IMG/VR virus record: IMGVR_UViG_2716884858_000003 | Coordinates: 50,479-114,478 of that record | Direction: 5' to 3' (one strand) | DNA length: 64,000 bases | DNA from: a virus | Lineage: Duplodnaviria > Caudoviricetes | In this document: positions 27,987 to 38,800 of the stretch, piece after piece | Layout: every line of letters begins with the position of its first letter | How positions within the stretch are numbered: the first letter of the stretch is position 1 | Translations under genes and position numbers: made by a program | Notes under the pieces: generated by a model | Database searches by the model: none | Told to the model about the DNA's origin: nothing | What the model saw: the letters and a program-made list of their open reading frames with translations, nothing else

Positions 27987-28577
27987 ATGTCGGATCCGGA
28001 CAACGTCGCGCGTCTCATCGCCGTAGGCAGTGCCCTTGCTACCGTCGCCAACATGTCGGTGGGCTACGCGAGCTACCGGCGGAAGCGGCCTCGGCTGGGG
28101 GCCAAACTACAGGCGCAACGCCCCGGCTTCGACGTGCAGGGGGAACGCAAGCCAGTCTTTGAGCTCCTGCTGACGAACCGTAGCGAGACGCCGGTACGGA
28201 TCAACTGGGCGTACCTGACCACGCGCGATGCTGCCCCCGCCGCGTTGCCCAGATGGCTTGTGCGAGTGCGCGTGATGACCACAACCGGCTTGGTCTTCCT
28301 GGACGGTAGCCACGTGCGCACCACCTGTGAGTTCCCATTCCAACTCGGTGGCATGGAAGAGGAAGCGGTGACGCTCACCGTCCCTGACTGCCTTGCCTTC
28401 TTGAACGATCCCGTTCAGAAGGAGTGCCGCGTGACCGTTGGGCTGTCCAGCGGCAGGGTTGTGCGCACGGGGTGGGAGCGCAAGAGAAACTATGGATTCG
28501 ACTGTGTGTGCCCTTCCTGCTGCGAGGAGGGGGACGGGCAGCAGCTGAGCTTTGACGACCTTCTACAGGGCAGCTGA
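27987..28577 (+). CDS. Moron, N-terminally membrane-anchored hypothetical protein
   Basis: Atypical codon usage; between terminator and capsid leader. Confidence 0.6.
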   Translation: MSDPDNVARLIAVGSALATVANMSVGYASYRRKRPRLGAKLQAQRPGFDVQGERKPVFELLLTNRSETPVRINWAYLTTRDAAPAALPRWLVRVRVMTTTGLVFLDGSHVRTTCEFPFQLGGMEEEAVTLTVPDCLAFLNDPVQKECRVTVGLSSGRVVRTGWERKRNYGFDCVCPSCCEEGDGQQLSFDDLLQGS

Positions 28578-28645
28578 CGCGCGCCTCGCCCGGCCTACAC
28601 CGCCGCCGGCCACTCCGCCCCAAGACATGCACACCAAGCGGAAGC

Positions 28646-28706
28646 TAGTATTCCGTTTGATCGCTGGTTCAGGGCCGGATCTTCACGCGCATACCGCTGG
28701 AGATCC
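28646..28706 (+). promoter_or_regulatory. Late leader element (capsid)
   Basis: TAGTAT 28646; hairpin GAT-CG-CTGGTT-CAG-GGCCGG-ATC 28659-28681. Confidence 0.75.
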
Positions 28707-28709
28707 CGT

Positions 28710-30368
28710 ATGGACTTCGAGATTCCCGAGGACGTCACCGCTCTCGACGACGAGGCCCTGGCCCAGGCACTGGACGGCGCCCGCGCCGCCTTCGCCACCC
28801 TGTCCGGCCAGGACGTCATCGATGGCGACGCCATGGGCCGCATGCGCGCCCTGGCCGGGTGCGTCGAGGACATCCGTACCGAGCAGACCGCTCGCGTGGA
28901 GGCCGCCACCCAGGCCGCCGCCGAGATCGAGGCACTCGCCGCCCAGGTGCGTGGCGAGGAGGCCACCCCGCAGGCCCCGGCCGCCCCTGCTGCGGAGGGA
29001 GAGGAGCCGGCCGAGCCGGTCGCCGCAGCCACCGAGCAGCCCCCGGCCCCGGAGGCGCCGGCCGCCCCGGAGGCCACGGCGTCCGCCGTCGTCGTCCCGA
29101 CCCGCCCCGCGCTCAACCTGCGCGCCGTACGCCGCGCCCAGCCGCGCGTCCTGCCGGAGGCCCCGCCCCCGGGCACCACCATCACCGCGGCCGTGGACGT
29201 CCCCGGCTACACCCCCGGCTCGGACCTGGTCTTCGACGACGTGGTCAAGGGCATCAACTCCCGCGCCACCGCCCTCAAGACGGCCGGCGGCGGCGTGGGC
29301 CAGGTGATCAGCTATCACCACCCGTACCCGGCGGACACGATCGTCACGGACTCCAGCAGCGCGCCCGAGGGCACCACCGTGGCCATGGTCGCCTCCAGCC
29401 AGTCCCGGCTGCCCCAGGGCGACCTGGTCGCGTCCGGCGGCTGGTGTGCCCCGTCCGAGACGCTCTATGAACTGACGGACACGTCCTGCCCGGACATGCT
29501 GTGGGACGCCCCGGAGATCCAGCTGAGCCGGGGCGGCCTGCGCTACTACAAGCCGCTGTCCCTGGACGTCTCCCAGCTCACGTGGGTGCACACCGAGGCC
29601 GACGACATCGCCGGCAACACCAAGCCGTGTTTCCGCATCCCCTGCCCGGACCCGGTGGAGGTGCGCTGTGACGCGGTCGGCGTCTGCCTGGAGGCAGGCA
29701 TCCTGACCCAGCGTCATTTCCCGGAGCTCATCGCCTGGTACCTGCGCAACAGCATGGTGGCCCACGAGATCCGGCTGCGGCAGGTGCTGTTCCAGAAGGC
29801 GCTGGCGACGGCCACCCCGGTGACCATCCCAGCGTCCATGGCCGCCGTCTCCGCCGTGTTCGGCGCGGTCGCCCTCCAGGCCGCGGACATGATCGAGCGT
29901 CACAGCCTGTGCGACAGCACGGCGCTGGAGGTCGTGTTCCCGTGGTGGTCCAAGAACATGTTCCTGGCGGACCTGGCCAGGAGGAACGGCTGCTGCCCCT
30001 CCGAGGTGAGCGCCCAGGACGTGCAGGACCTGTTCAGCCCGCTGGGCGTGCGCATCCAGTGGGCGCGCGGCCTGGCCCCGGCCGTCCCCACCGACATCGG
30101 CGGCACCACCGCGGCCACCGACTGGCCGTCCACCATCCAGTTCCTCATGTACCCGGCCGGCTCCCTGGTCATCGGGCGCGGCGAGGACGTGAACCTGGGC
30201 GTAATTCACGACTCGACCAAGTTCAGCCGCAACGACTACACGGCCCTCTTCGCCGAAGAGTGCGTGGCGCTTGTTGACAGGTCCGTCGACACGCGCCTCG
30301 TGACCGTGCCCGTCTGCGCGTCCGGTGAGACCGGCGCCCAGACGCTGGTCGCCTGCCCGACCGCCTGA
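28710..30368 (+). CDS. Major capsid protein with N-terminal scaffold-like region (552 aa)
   Basis: LVASGGWCAPSETLYEL motif, acidic helical N-terminus plus PA linker. Confidence 0.88.
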   Translation: MDFEIPEDVTALDDEALAQALDGARAAFATLSGQDVIDGDAMGRMRALAGCVEDIRTEQTARVEAATQAAAEIEALAAQVRGEEATPQAPAAPAAEGEEPAEPVAAATEQPPAPEAPAAPEATASAVVVPTRPALNLRAVRRAQPRVLPEAPPPGTTITAAVDVPGYTPGSDLVFDDVVKGINSRATALKTAGGGVGQVISYHHPYPADTIVTDSSSAPEGTTVAMVASSQSRLPQGDLVASGGWCAPSETLYELTDTSCPDMLWDAPEIQLSRGGLRYYKPLSLDVSQLTWVHTEADDIAGNTKPCFRIPCPDPVEVRCDAVGVCLEAGILTQRHFPELIAWYLRNSMVAHEIRLRQVLFQKALATATPVTIPASMAAVSAVFGAVALQAADMIERHSLCDSTALEVVFPWWSKNMFLADLARRNGCCPSEVSAQDVQDLFSPLGVRIQWARGLAPAVPTDIGGTTAATDWPSTIQFLMYPAGSLVIGRGEDVNLGVIHDSTKFSRNDYTALFAEECVALVDRSVDTRLVTVPVCASGETGAQTLVACPTA

Positions 30369-30381
30369 CCCCCACACAGCA

Positions 30382-30412
30382 GTGCCGGGCCCCCTTCACG
30401 CGGGCCCGGCAC
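30382..30412. terminator. Hairpin between convergent capsid and HNH genes
   Basis: GTGCCGGGCCC/GGGCCCGGCAC. Confidence 0.65.
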
Positions 30413-30446
30413 GCCGCCACCGGAGGAGGTGAGGCAGGTGAACGCG

Positions 30447-31184
30447 TCAGCGCGTCAGCGGCACGCCGCAGTGGAACGGCCGGTCAGCGAACACGTCCCC
30501 GTACTTGCGGAGGCGCTGCTCGTGGCCGTCACACAGCGGCTCCCCGCCGTTGAGGACGACGTACGGCCTGCCGCACCCCTTCACGGAACAACCGTCGTCC
30601 ACCGGACGGCCGTTGCTGGAACGCTCCGCGCTCACGTTGACGGCGTGTGTCACGGCCTTGAGGTGGGCCGGGTTCACACACCGTCGGTGCGGGCACGTGG
30701 GGCCGCCTGCGCACTCCTTCGGGTCATGGCAGGCGTGATCTACCACCAGGCCAGGAGGGATGCTGCCGTGTTGCAGCGAGTAGGCGTAGCGGTGCGCCGG
30801 GGAGTGCAGGAAGCTCCCGTACCCGTGGACCGTGATGGTGCCCTCCCAGGGCCAGCACGCGTCCAGATCGCCGCCCTGGGTGTCGACCAGGGTCCAGAAG
30901 TCGGCGTTGAGATCGCCGGTGTAGTTGAACTGGCGCCGGAGCAGTTCCAGCGTTCCGTTGCGGTACAGCCGGGTGTAGTGCTTGCGGCACAGCCCCTTGG
31001 CGATCGAAGTGCTGCCGCACTCGTCAACCGAGCAGGGCGCGTTAGCCGCCTTGCGTGTGCGTACGGTCAGCGGGTCGCCGGTGCGCTGCCACCGGACGTA
31101 GTGCTTGTTACACCAGCTGCGGGCGATGGGCGGGCGCGGGCAGCGGGCTCCGTTCTCGACAGCGGAACAGGTAACGTCGGCCAA
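30447..31184 (-). CDS. HNH homing endonuclease with Cys/His zinc-binding repeats
   Basis: CWPWEG..AHRYAY..VDHAC..RRCVNPAHL..N; three C..C..CxxH modules. Confidence 0.88.
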   Translation of the reverse strand: MADVTCSAVENGARCPRPPIARSWCNKHYVRWQRTGDPLTVRTRKAANAPCSVDECGSTSIAKGLCRKHYTRLYRNGTLELLRRQFNYTGDLNADFWTLVDTQGGDLDACWPWEGTITVHGYGSFLHSPAHRYAYSLQHGSIPPGLVVDHACHDPKECAGGPTCPHRRCVNPAHLKAVTHAVNVSAERSSNGRPVDDGCSVKGCGRPYVVLNGGEPLCDGHEQRLRKYGDVFADRPFHCGVPLTR

Positions 31185-31315
31185 GGCCGGACTCCTTCTA
31201 TCTACAGGCCGGAAGGGTTCGGTTTGGGTCGGCAGCGTGTGGAGCGCTGTCGACCCTCACACTCTGTTCAACGCGGCAGGTCAGAGCGTCGGTTGCACCC
31301 CGAGGGGGTGAACTG

Positions 31316-32158
31316 ATGCCTGCTGGCCTGCGCCAAGTCGTCCCCGGCATTAGCGGCACGCCACTCCCGCACGGCATCCTCGGCGCCTCATGTACGCAGG
31401 TCATCGACGTCAGCGAGGACGAGATCCACCAGCTCAACGGCGTGGAGTGGCTGGCCATGGGCTGCTGCCCGGCCCGGGACTGGCCGGACCCGTGCGAGGA
31501 CCCCGTGCCCGGGGCCCCGACCGATAAGGAGTTCTGCCACCCCACCACCGAGCACGCCACGCCCATCACCGTCTACGCCGGCGCGGAGTGCTCAGCCCCC
31601 GGGTTCTCGTATGAGGAGGCGCGCGCCCAGGCGCTGGCCTCCCTGGCGCTCGGCGAGCAGCACGCCATTGAGGCCGGGTTCATGCGGACCAAGCTCACGG
31701 CGGACGCGGTGGACATCACCCCGCCCGAGGGGCCGCTGAACATCGCCCAGGGCGTGGCCGCGCTGGAGGGCTGCCTGGCCGAGAACTACGGCGGCCAGGG
31801 CGTGCTGCACGTGCCCGCCGGGGTGGCGGCGCTGCTCGGCTGCTGCAACGTGGTCCGCGAGGACCCCGCCAGCGGCGGCCTGTACACGCTGGCCGGGAAC
31901 TGCGCCGTCATCGGCGCCGGTTACTCCTACCTCAACCAGGGCCCCGGCGGTATCCCCGCCGACCCGGGCGCCGCCTGGCTGTACATCACCGGGCCCCTGG
32001 TGGTGCGCCGCGGCCCGGTCGACGTGATCCCGGACCGCTCCCGCGCGTCCGCCTCCGTGAACATCAGGAACAACGACCGCAGGGTGTTGGCGGAGCGCAC
32101 GGTTGTCGTGGGCACCACCTGCACGATCTGCGCAGTGCAGGTGATGGCGTGTCCATGA
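31316..32158 (+). CDS. Second capsid-type protein (putative pentamer protein, 280 aa)
   Basis: PITVYAG..C, VAALEG..YGGQGVLH..GAGY..WLYITGP; size and position after capsid as in cluster-B-like phages. Confidence 0.6.
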   Translation: MPAGLRQVVPGISGTPLPHGILGASCTQVIDVSEDEIHQLNGVEWLAMGCCPARDWPDPCEDPVPGAPTDKEFCHPTTEHATPITVYAGAECSAPGFSYEEARAQALASLALGEQHAIEAGFMRTKLTADAVDITPPEGPLNIAQGVAALEGCLAENYGGQGVLHVPAGVAALLGCCNVVREDPASGGLYTLAGNCAVIGAGYSYLNQGPGGIPADPGAAWLYITGPLVVRRGPVDVIPDRSRASASVNIRNNDRRVLAERTVVVGTTCTICAVQVMACP

Positions 32159-32625
32159 ACATGATCACTGTCAAGCCCGAGCGGTCCCGGCTCCTCGCGT
32201 TCGCCCGCTGGGCCACCGCCCAGACGCCCAAGGTCGGCACCGTGGGCCTGGGGGAGTTCGGCGTACCGGCGGACCTGTTCGTCCAGGCCCCGGAGGAGGT
32301 GCTGGTGGGCTCCCTCGTGGACGGCCACCGGTACGTGTCCCCGGCCGAGGACGCCGCCAACGGCGTGCCCGAGCCCGGCGACCACGAGCCGGGCCAGGAG
32401 CTGCTGGGCGTCGCCACCCCCGAGGCACTGGTGTCGCCGGCGGAGCGGGCCGGCGACTTCGCGCCGCTCGAGGATGCCCCCGCCGACGACGAGGAGCCCG
32501 GCGGCCAGGACGACGAGCAGGCCGCCGACGACGGCAGCCCCTACGCGTGCGACCTGTGCACCCGAGAGTTCACCACCGAGCGCGGCCGGGACAGCCACCG
32601 CCGCCAGGTCCACCGGGAGGACTGA
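32155..32625 (+). CDS. Phage protein with C-terminal C2H2 finger
   Basis: CDLC..HRRQVH; ATGA coupling. Confidence 0.7.
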   Translation: MNMITVKPERSRLLAFARWATAQTPKVGTVGLGEFGVPADLFVQAPEEVLVGSLVDGHRYVSPAEDAANGVPEPGDHEPGQELLGVATPEALVSPAERAGDFAPLEDAPADDEEPGGQDDEQAADDGSPYACDLCTREFTTERGRDSHRRQVHRED

Positions 32626-32628
32626 CGG

Positions 32629-35600
32629 ATGCCCGTAGAGCCGATCCCCTGCGGACCGGACGGCGGCACCGGCACGCCCGGCGCCTGCTCCTGCTCGCCG
32701 TCCATCGCCTCCAGCCCCCTGTGCCGGGCGGACGGCTCCACCGTGCTGGTGGTGCTGCGCTCCGGGTGCGTGGACTGCTCCGCCACCCCGACCGACCCGG
32801 CCGTCATCGGGTGGGTGGACCCCCTCACCGGAGCGTTCACCGCCGGCCCGGTACCGCCGGACGCCGGCCCCTGCTCCATCGGCTGCTCCTGCTCGCCGAG
32901 CATCGCCACCACGCCCCTGTGCCGCGCGGACGGCTCCACCGTGCTCCTGGTCGTGCGCAACGACTGCGCGGACTGCGACACCCCCGCCCCGGACCCGGTA
33001 GTCGTCGGCTGGCTGGACCCGCTCACCGGCGTGTTCACGCCCGGGGCGGCGCCCCCGGACGCCGGGCCCTGCGACCCCGGGTGTGTGGACACCGTCTGTC
33101 GGCAACTGTGTGACGACACCGACGGCGACGGCCAGCCGGATGCCACCTACAGCGAGCTGTGGTGCATCAAGGCGGACGGCTCCGCCTCCCTCGTCCTCAC
33201 CTACCAGGACGACCCCTCACAGCCGTACACGCCCGTGGCACCGGTCGACTGCACGTATGGCTGCCCCGAGACCGAGACCGTCACCCTGTGCGACGCGTCC
33301 GGGCCGTTCCTGCGCCGCTTCACCTGGCTCGCCGGGGTGGGCACGTACGAGGACGTCGCCCTGGACGGCCAGACACCGCACGTCGTCAACGGCACCGTCG
33401 GGGTGTGCGCCGGCGACAGCGGCACCCCGGGCACGCCGTGCGCCGAGCAGACCACGCCCGCCGCCACGCTCGGCCTGTGCCTGGCGGACGGCACGCCCAT
33501 CGCGGTCATCCTCACCCGCGACTGCGACGGCACGGTCACCCAGGACGGGTGGCTCAACCTCACCACCGGCACCTACAGCGCCGGCGCGCCCCCGGCCGGG
33601 GCCGCCGCGTGCGGAGACTCCCGCGCCTTCGAGCTGGCCGGGCTGCTGTGCGACGTCGACCCGGCAACCGGCGACGTCCTCGGCCTGGTCCTCGTCGAGT
33701 ACGAGTACAACCCGGACGGCAGCCTCGCCCACGTGCGGCTCGTGGACCCCGGCACCGGCAGCACGTACACCCTGCAAGGGGAGCTGCGGTACTGCCCGGC
33801 CGGGACTGCCGAGGCCGCCGCCGACCTGGACCTCACCGTGCTGTGCGACGTCCAGGCGGACGGCACGGTCACCCCGTTCGTACGGGACTACCGGCGCGAC
33901 GCCGTCACCGGCCAGATCAACGGGCACACGGACTACGGCCTGGACGGCACGCCGTACACCCCGACCGGCACCGCCGGCGTCTGCTCCCCGGAGGCGGAGC
34001 CGTGCCGCAACGCCAGCACGCTCCTGCTGTGCGACCTGCCCACCGACGGTGAGCCGGCCCCGACCATCACCGACACCCCCGGCGGGCCGTACTACCCCTA
34101 CACCACGGGCGCGGCTATGGCCGGGGCCCAAACCCTGTGGGACGGCGGCACACTGACCTTGCCGGACGCGGCGGGTCCGCAGCCGGGCACAAGGGGGACC
34201 GTCCGCACCGCCGCGGCGATCATCCAGGCTCCCCGGCCGGTCTGTGACGCCGGCACGGCGCACGTGAAGGTGCAGGTCGACGTCACCCAGCTCGGCCCTG
34301 ACACCGGATGCCGTGCCACCGGTTTCCTCGGCCTCTACAACGGCCCCGGTGACGCGAACCGGGTAGCCCTCGCGCTGGCCCCGCCCGATACGCCTGTCGG
34401 GTGGGCCGGAACGCTCACCGCCGAGGCCGACGTCCCGGCCGCCGATCTCGCCGCCGGGAACATCGTCGTCGTGGTGGCGTTCGACGCCTACGACGACAGC
34501 GGCACAGTCTGCCCGCCGCCGCGCCGCACCGCATGGCAGCTGTCCGCCTTCACCGCGACGACGGTCTACGACCAGACCGGTTGCGACACGCAGTTTCTCC
34601 GCAACGTCATCACCGACTGTGAGACGGGCGCCGTCACCGCCGTCACCGACACCACGCTGGACGGGCAGCCGTACACGCCCACGGGCGCGCCCGGCCAGTG
34701 CACCCCGGACAGCAGCGGCAGCCCGGCCGCCAAGCCGTGCGGGGACACCGAGATTGCGCAGCTGTGTGACCTGACCTACGACCCGCAGGCCCCCATTCCC
34801 ACGCCGGCTGGCGACTTCACGCTGACCGGCAACGTGGTGGCGGCCGACGGCGGCGAGACGCTGTGGTTCGCTCAGGCCAACCAGCCCGCCAACGGCGTGG
34901 CCGAGCTGCTCGTGAGCGGGCTGCTGCCCACCGTGCGGTACGAGTTCCGGTTCGCCTCCGCGTGGATCGGCGCGGGGGCCCCCAACCCGGCCAACAACAA
35001 CGCCATCTATCTGCTGGAGATCCTGGACGGCGCCGCGGTGCTGGCCGCGAGGAATCGGAACGTCTCCAACGGTTCGAACGCTTTCCCGGGCGGCGCGCTG
35101 ACCGAAGACCTGCCGCCGCTGGCGTTCATCGCCCCCGCCACGGGCGCAGTCACCATCCGGTTCACCGACCAGACGACCGGCGGCCCGGTCAACGATCGCG
35201 ACCTGTTCCTGATGCCGCTGGAGGTGCGGACAGAGGCACTGACTGTCAAGCGCACCCCGTTCCTGCGGCGCTTCACCTTCGGCTGCGACGGCGACCTCAC
35301 CTCAACCGAGGATCTTGGCCTGGACGGCATCACGCCGTACGCCGTGCAGGGCGAGGTGGGCTCGTGCGCCGCTGACGGCGAGGCAGCCGGGACGCCGGTC
35401 ACGCCTTGCGACGTGCAGAACGTCTTGGAGGCGTGCCGCTGTGACGACGCCGACGGGGACGGCGTCCCCGAGGTCGGCTACGTGGAGCTGCTCGGCGTCG
35501 ACTGCACCGGCACCGTTACGAGCCTGGGCACATACACCAGCGACCTCACCGGCCCCTACTCGCCGGTCGCCCCGATGGACTGCAACACCGGGGACGACGA

Positions 35601-35886
35601 GGAGGGCGCGGAGCCGGCGTTCGGCGCCCAGGCCCACCGCGTGGAACTCACCGGCACCGCCACCTGGAGCGCCGCCGCCTGGCCGACCCTTCAGTCCGTC
35701 ACCGCCGTTGCCCACGGCGGCACCGGCACCATCACGACCGCTGACGGCCCTTCAACCCTCCACCAGGGCGAGGCAGCCACCTGGAGCATCGCGCGGGACG
35801 AGGACGCCCGCCTTACCGGCCCGCTCGTCATCGCAGCGAGCACCGGCACCGTGACAGTCACCTGGACCCAAGGAGTCACCCTGTGA
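32629..35886 (+). CDS. Cys-rich modular repeat protein, putative virion fibre/decoration (1085 aa)
   Basis: Repeated LCD..FLR..LDG.PYTP.G.VG.C modules, DxDGDG motifs, inserted beta-rich domains. Confidence 0.8.
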   Translation: MPVEPIPCGPDGGTGTPGACSCSPSIASSPLCRADGSTVLVVLRSGCVDCSATPTDPAVIGWVDPLTGAFTAGPVPPDAGPCSIGCSCSPSIATTPLCRADGSTVLLVVRNDCADCDTPAPDPVVVGWLDPLTGVFTPGAAPPDAGPCDPGCVDTVCRQLCDDTDGDGQPDATYSELWCIKADGSASLVLTYQDDPSQPYTPVAPVDCTYGCPETETVTLCDASGPFLRRFTWLAGVGTYEDVALDGQTPHVVNGTVGVCAGDSGTPGTPCAEQTTPAATLGLCLADGTPIAVILTRDCDGTVTQDGWLNLTTGTYSAGAPPAGAAACGDSRAFELAGLLCDVDPATGDVLGLVLVEYEYNPDGSLAHVRLVDPGTGSTYTLQGELRYCPAGTAEAAADLDLTVLCDVQADGTVTPFVRDYRRDAVTGQINGHTDYGLDGTPYTPTGTAGVCSPEAEPCRNASTLLLCDLPTDGEPAPTITDTPGGPYYPYTTGAAMAGAQTLWDGGTLTLPDAAGPQPGTRGTVRTAAAIIQAPRPVCDAGTAHVKVQVDVTQLGPDTGCRATGFLGLYNGPGDANRVALALAPPDTPVGWAGTLTAEADVPAADLAAGNIVVVVAFDAYDDSGTVCPPPRRTAWQLSAFTATTVYDQTGCDTQFLRNVITDCETGAVTAVTDTTLDGQPYTPTGAPGQCTPDSSGSPAAKPCGDTEIAQLCDLTYDPQAPIPTPAGDFTLTGNVVAADGGETLWFAQANQPANGVAELLVSGLLPTVRYEFRFASAWIGAGAPNPANNNAIYLLEILDGAAVLAARNRNVSNGSNAFPGGALTEDLPPLAFIAPATGAVTIRFTDQTTGGPVNDRDLFLMPLEVRTEALTVKRTPFLRRFTFGCDGDLTSTEDLGLDGITPYAVQGEVGSCAADGEAAGTPVTPCDVQNVLEACRCDDADGDGVPEVGYVELLGVDCTGTVTSLGTYTSDLTGPYSPVAPMDCNTGDDEEGAEPAFGAQAHRVELTGTATWSAAAWPTLQSVTAVAHGGTGTITTADGPSTLHQGEAATWSIARDEDARLTGPLVIAASTGTVTVTWTQGVTL

Positions 35887-38800
35887 GTGGATGCTGCGGG
35901 CAGGGGCCCGTCATCGTCAGCCAGGCCGCGGCAGCGACCGCCCGCGTGGACGTGGAGCCGCTGCTCCTGTGTGACGTGCTCCCGGACGGCACGATCGCCG
36001 GCCTCGCGCAGGTGGAGTCCGTCTACGACGCGAACACAGGCGCCCGGCTGAGCACGCGCATCGTCAACCCCACCACCGGGGCGACCTACACCCCCACCGG
36101 CACGCTCGGCCTGTGCTCGCCGCCGGCCGACGAGTGCGCCCGGCAGATCACCCAGGTGACCCGCTGCGACGACACCACCGGCGACGGCGTCGGCGACACC
36201 GAGTATGTCGAGGTGTGGGCCCTGGACCCGTGCGACGGCGGTACGCCCCAACTGGTGGGCACCTACCTCGCCGGGGACTACAGCAGCGCCTACACGCCGA
36301 CCGCGCCCGCCCCATGCCCGACCCAGACGCCGGACACCCCGGTCGTCCTGGGCACCGTCTGCTACGACGACGGCGCTGGCGGCACCGGCACGGCGGCCGT
36401 CCTCAAGTGCGCCGCCTGCGGGGACCCGGCCGTCACGTACCTCGATCTCGCCACCGGCGCCGTGCTGACCGCGCCGGCCATCGTGCCGTGCCCGGCCGCA
36501 GCAGACCGGACGACGCAACTCCTGTGCGACGTCCAGGCCGATGGCACCTCCTCCCCGCTCCTGCGCACGTTCACCACCGACGACACCGGCACCACCACGG
36601 CGGACACGCTCCTCGACGGCACCACGGCCTACACACCGACGGGCACCGTCGGCGTCTGCCTGCCGGTCAACGACTGCGCCTCACCGACCACCCCGACCGC
36701 CACCATCGGCCTGTGCCTGCCGGACGGGACACCGATCGCCGTCACCGTCGTCCGCGACTGCGACGGCGTAGTCACCTCCGAGGGATGGATCAACCTCCAG
36801 ACCGGCGCCTACAGCGCGGGCGCGCCACCGGTCGGCACCGTCGCCTGCGGCAGCTCCCAGAGCGTCCAGGTCTCGGGAACCTTCTGCGACGTCAACGCGA
36901 CCGGCGACGTCGTCGGCCTGGTGCTGATCGAGTACAGCTACGCCGCGGGCGGCACGATCGACAGCGTCCGCCTGGTCGACGCCACCACCGGCGCCACCTA
37001 CACCCCCACCGGCACCGTCACCACCTGCCCGGTCGGCGTCGAGCAGCCGGAACAGGACGTCGTCCAGCTCTGTGACACGGCCGCGGACGGCACCGTCACC
37101 GCGATGGTCCGGGATTACCGGAGGGACGAGACCGGCGCCATCGTCGGGCACTCGGACTACCTCCTCGACGGCAGCCCGTACGTGCCGACGGGCACGGTCG
37201 GGGACTGCCAGCCCGACCCGCAGCCGGAGCGGGACCTGGCCGTCCTGTGCGACGTCCAGGCGAACGGCAGCGTGACGACGTTCCTGCGCGACTACGCCCG
37301 GGATGCGGCCGGCACCGTCACCGGCCACGCGGACTATGCCCTCAACGGCTCCGCCCCGTACGCCCCGACCGGCACCGTGGGCGTCTGCCAGCCGCCGCCC
37401 TGCAAGGACTGCGAGACGCTGCTCCTGTGCGATGACGGGGCCGACGACCCGGCCCTCATCACCGGGACAGCCTCGTCCGGAACCCTCTCCAACGGCGTCA
37501 CCTGGCAGGCAACGGGCCCCTCCCCGTTCTCGCCGGGACGGAACAACGCTGACGGCTCCTGGTGGGGCCTGGGCACCTTCCCCAACTCGGTCACGCCCAA
37601 CACGACATGGACGTTCAACCGGCCGGTCGACGTCGAATTCAGCGTCATCATCCGCCACGCGGGGGGCACCGGGCCCACGGACAACACGGCGCAGATCCCG
37701 GCCGGCGCGGAGGTGGTGAGCCTGCCGTACGGCTACCACTATGACCCGGCCACCCGCATCCTGTCGGCCGACTCCACCGTGACCGACTGCGCGGTCCTCG
37801 CCACCCCCAGCCAGGCAGCAGGCGCACGGTTCCGCCTCACGAACCCCGTCACCTCCTTCAGCCTGCGCTACCTCGGGGCGCGCGTCGCCAACTGCGGCCA
37901 GTTCGGCAACTGGTACTTCGGCGCGATCACGGTCACCTCGTCCGGACAGTTCCTCCGCACCCTGTGCCGCGACTGCACCGGCGCGGTCGTCAGTACCACG
38001 GACACCGGCCTCGACGGCGTCACCCCGTACACGCTCCTCGGCACGCCCGGCCTGTGCGCAGACACCGGCGCGGAAGCGGACAGCGCCGACGTGGACCCGC
38101 TACTCCTGTGCGACACCGACACCGCCGGCACCGTGACGCAGTTCCTACGGCACTACGTGTACGACGGCAGCACCGGCGCTCTCGACAGCTTCCGGGACAC
38201 CGGCCTCGACGGCTCCACCCCCTACGTCCCGAGCACCGGCGGCACGGTGGGCCAGTGCCAGCCCACTGCATGCGAGTTCACCCCGGTCTGCGTCCGCCCC
38301 TCCGGGCGGGTGGAGTTCCTGAGCAACCCGGCCGGGGGCACCAGCGGAGTCGATGCCGACTGGACATGGGGGCAGAGCCTCGCCGGCCCCTGGTTCCCGA
38401 CCTACCGGGTCGGCGTATACCCCGGCTGGACGACCGTCGACCTGGGCACAGCGGAGGGGACGGCGCACTGGATCGCGCCGCACCCGGACAGTCAGCTCGC
38501 GAACACCGGCCAGCCGGGCGAGGGCCCGGCCATCACCGCCGCCACGCCCGACTGGTACGGGCGCGCCTCGTTCCAGCTCCCTTCGTTCGCCGACCCGGCC
38601 ACCATCCGCATCTCGGCGACCGCGCTGAACGCGGACCAGCTCGCCGTCGAGTGGCGGTTGAACGGCGGCGCCTGGCAGCCCGTCAACAGCAGCCACGCCC
38701 AGCCGCCGTACACCCTCGCGCCGACGGCCGTACCCGGGGCGCAGGCGGGCCTTAACGAGATCGTCGTCCACGTCCGGGAGACGGTGTTCCCGACGGGCGC

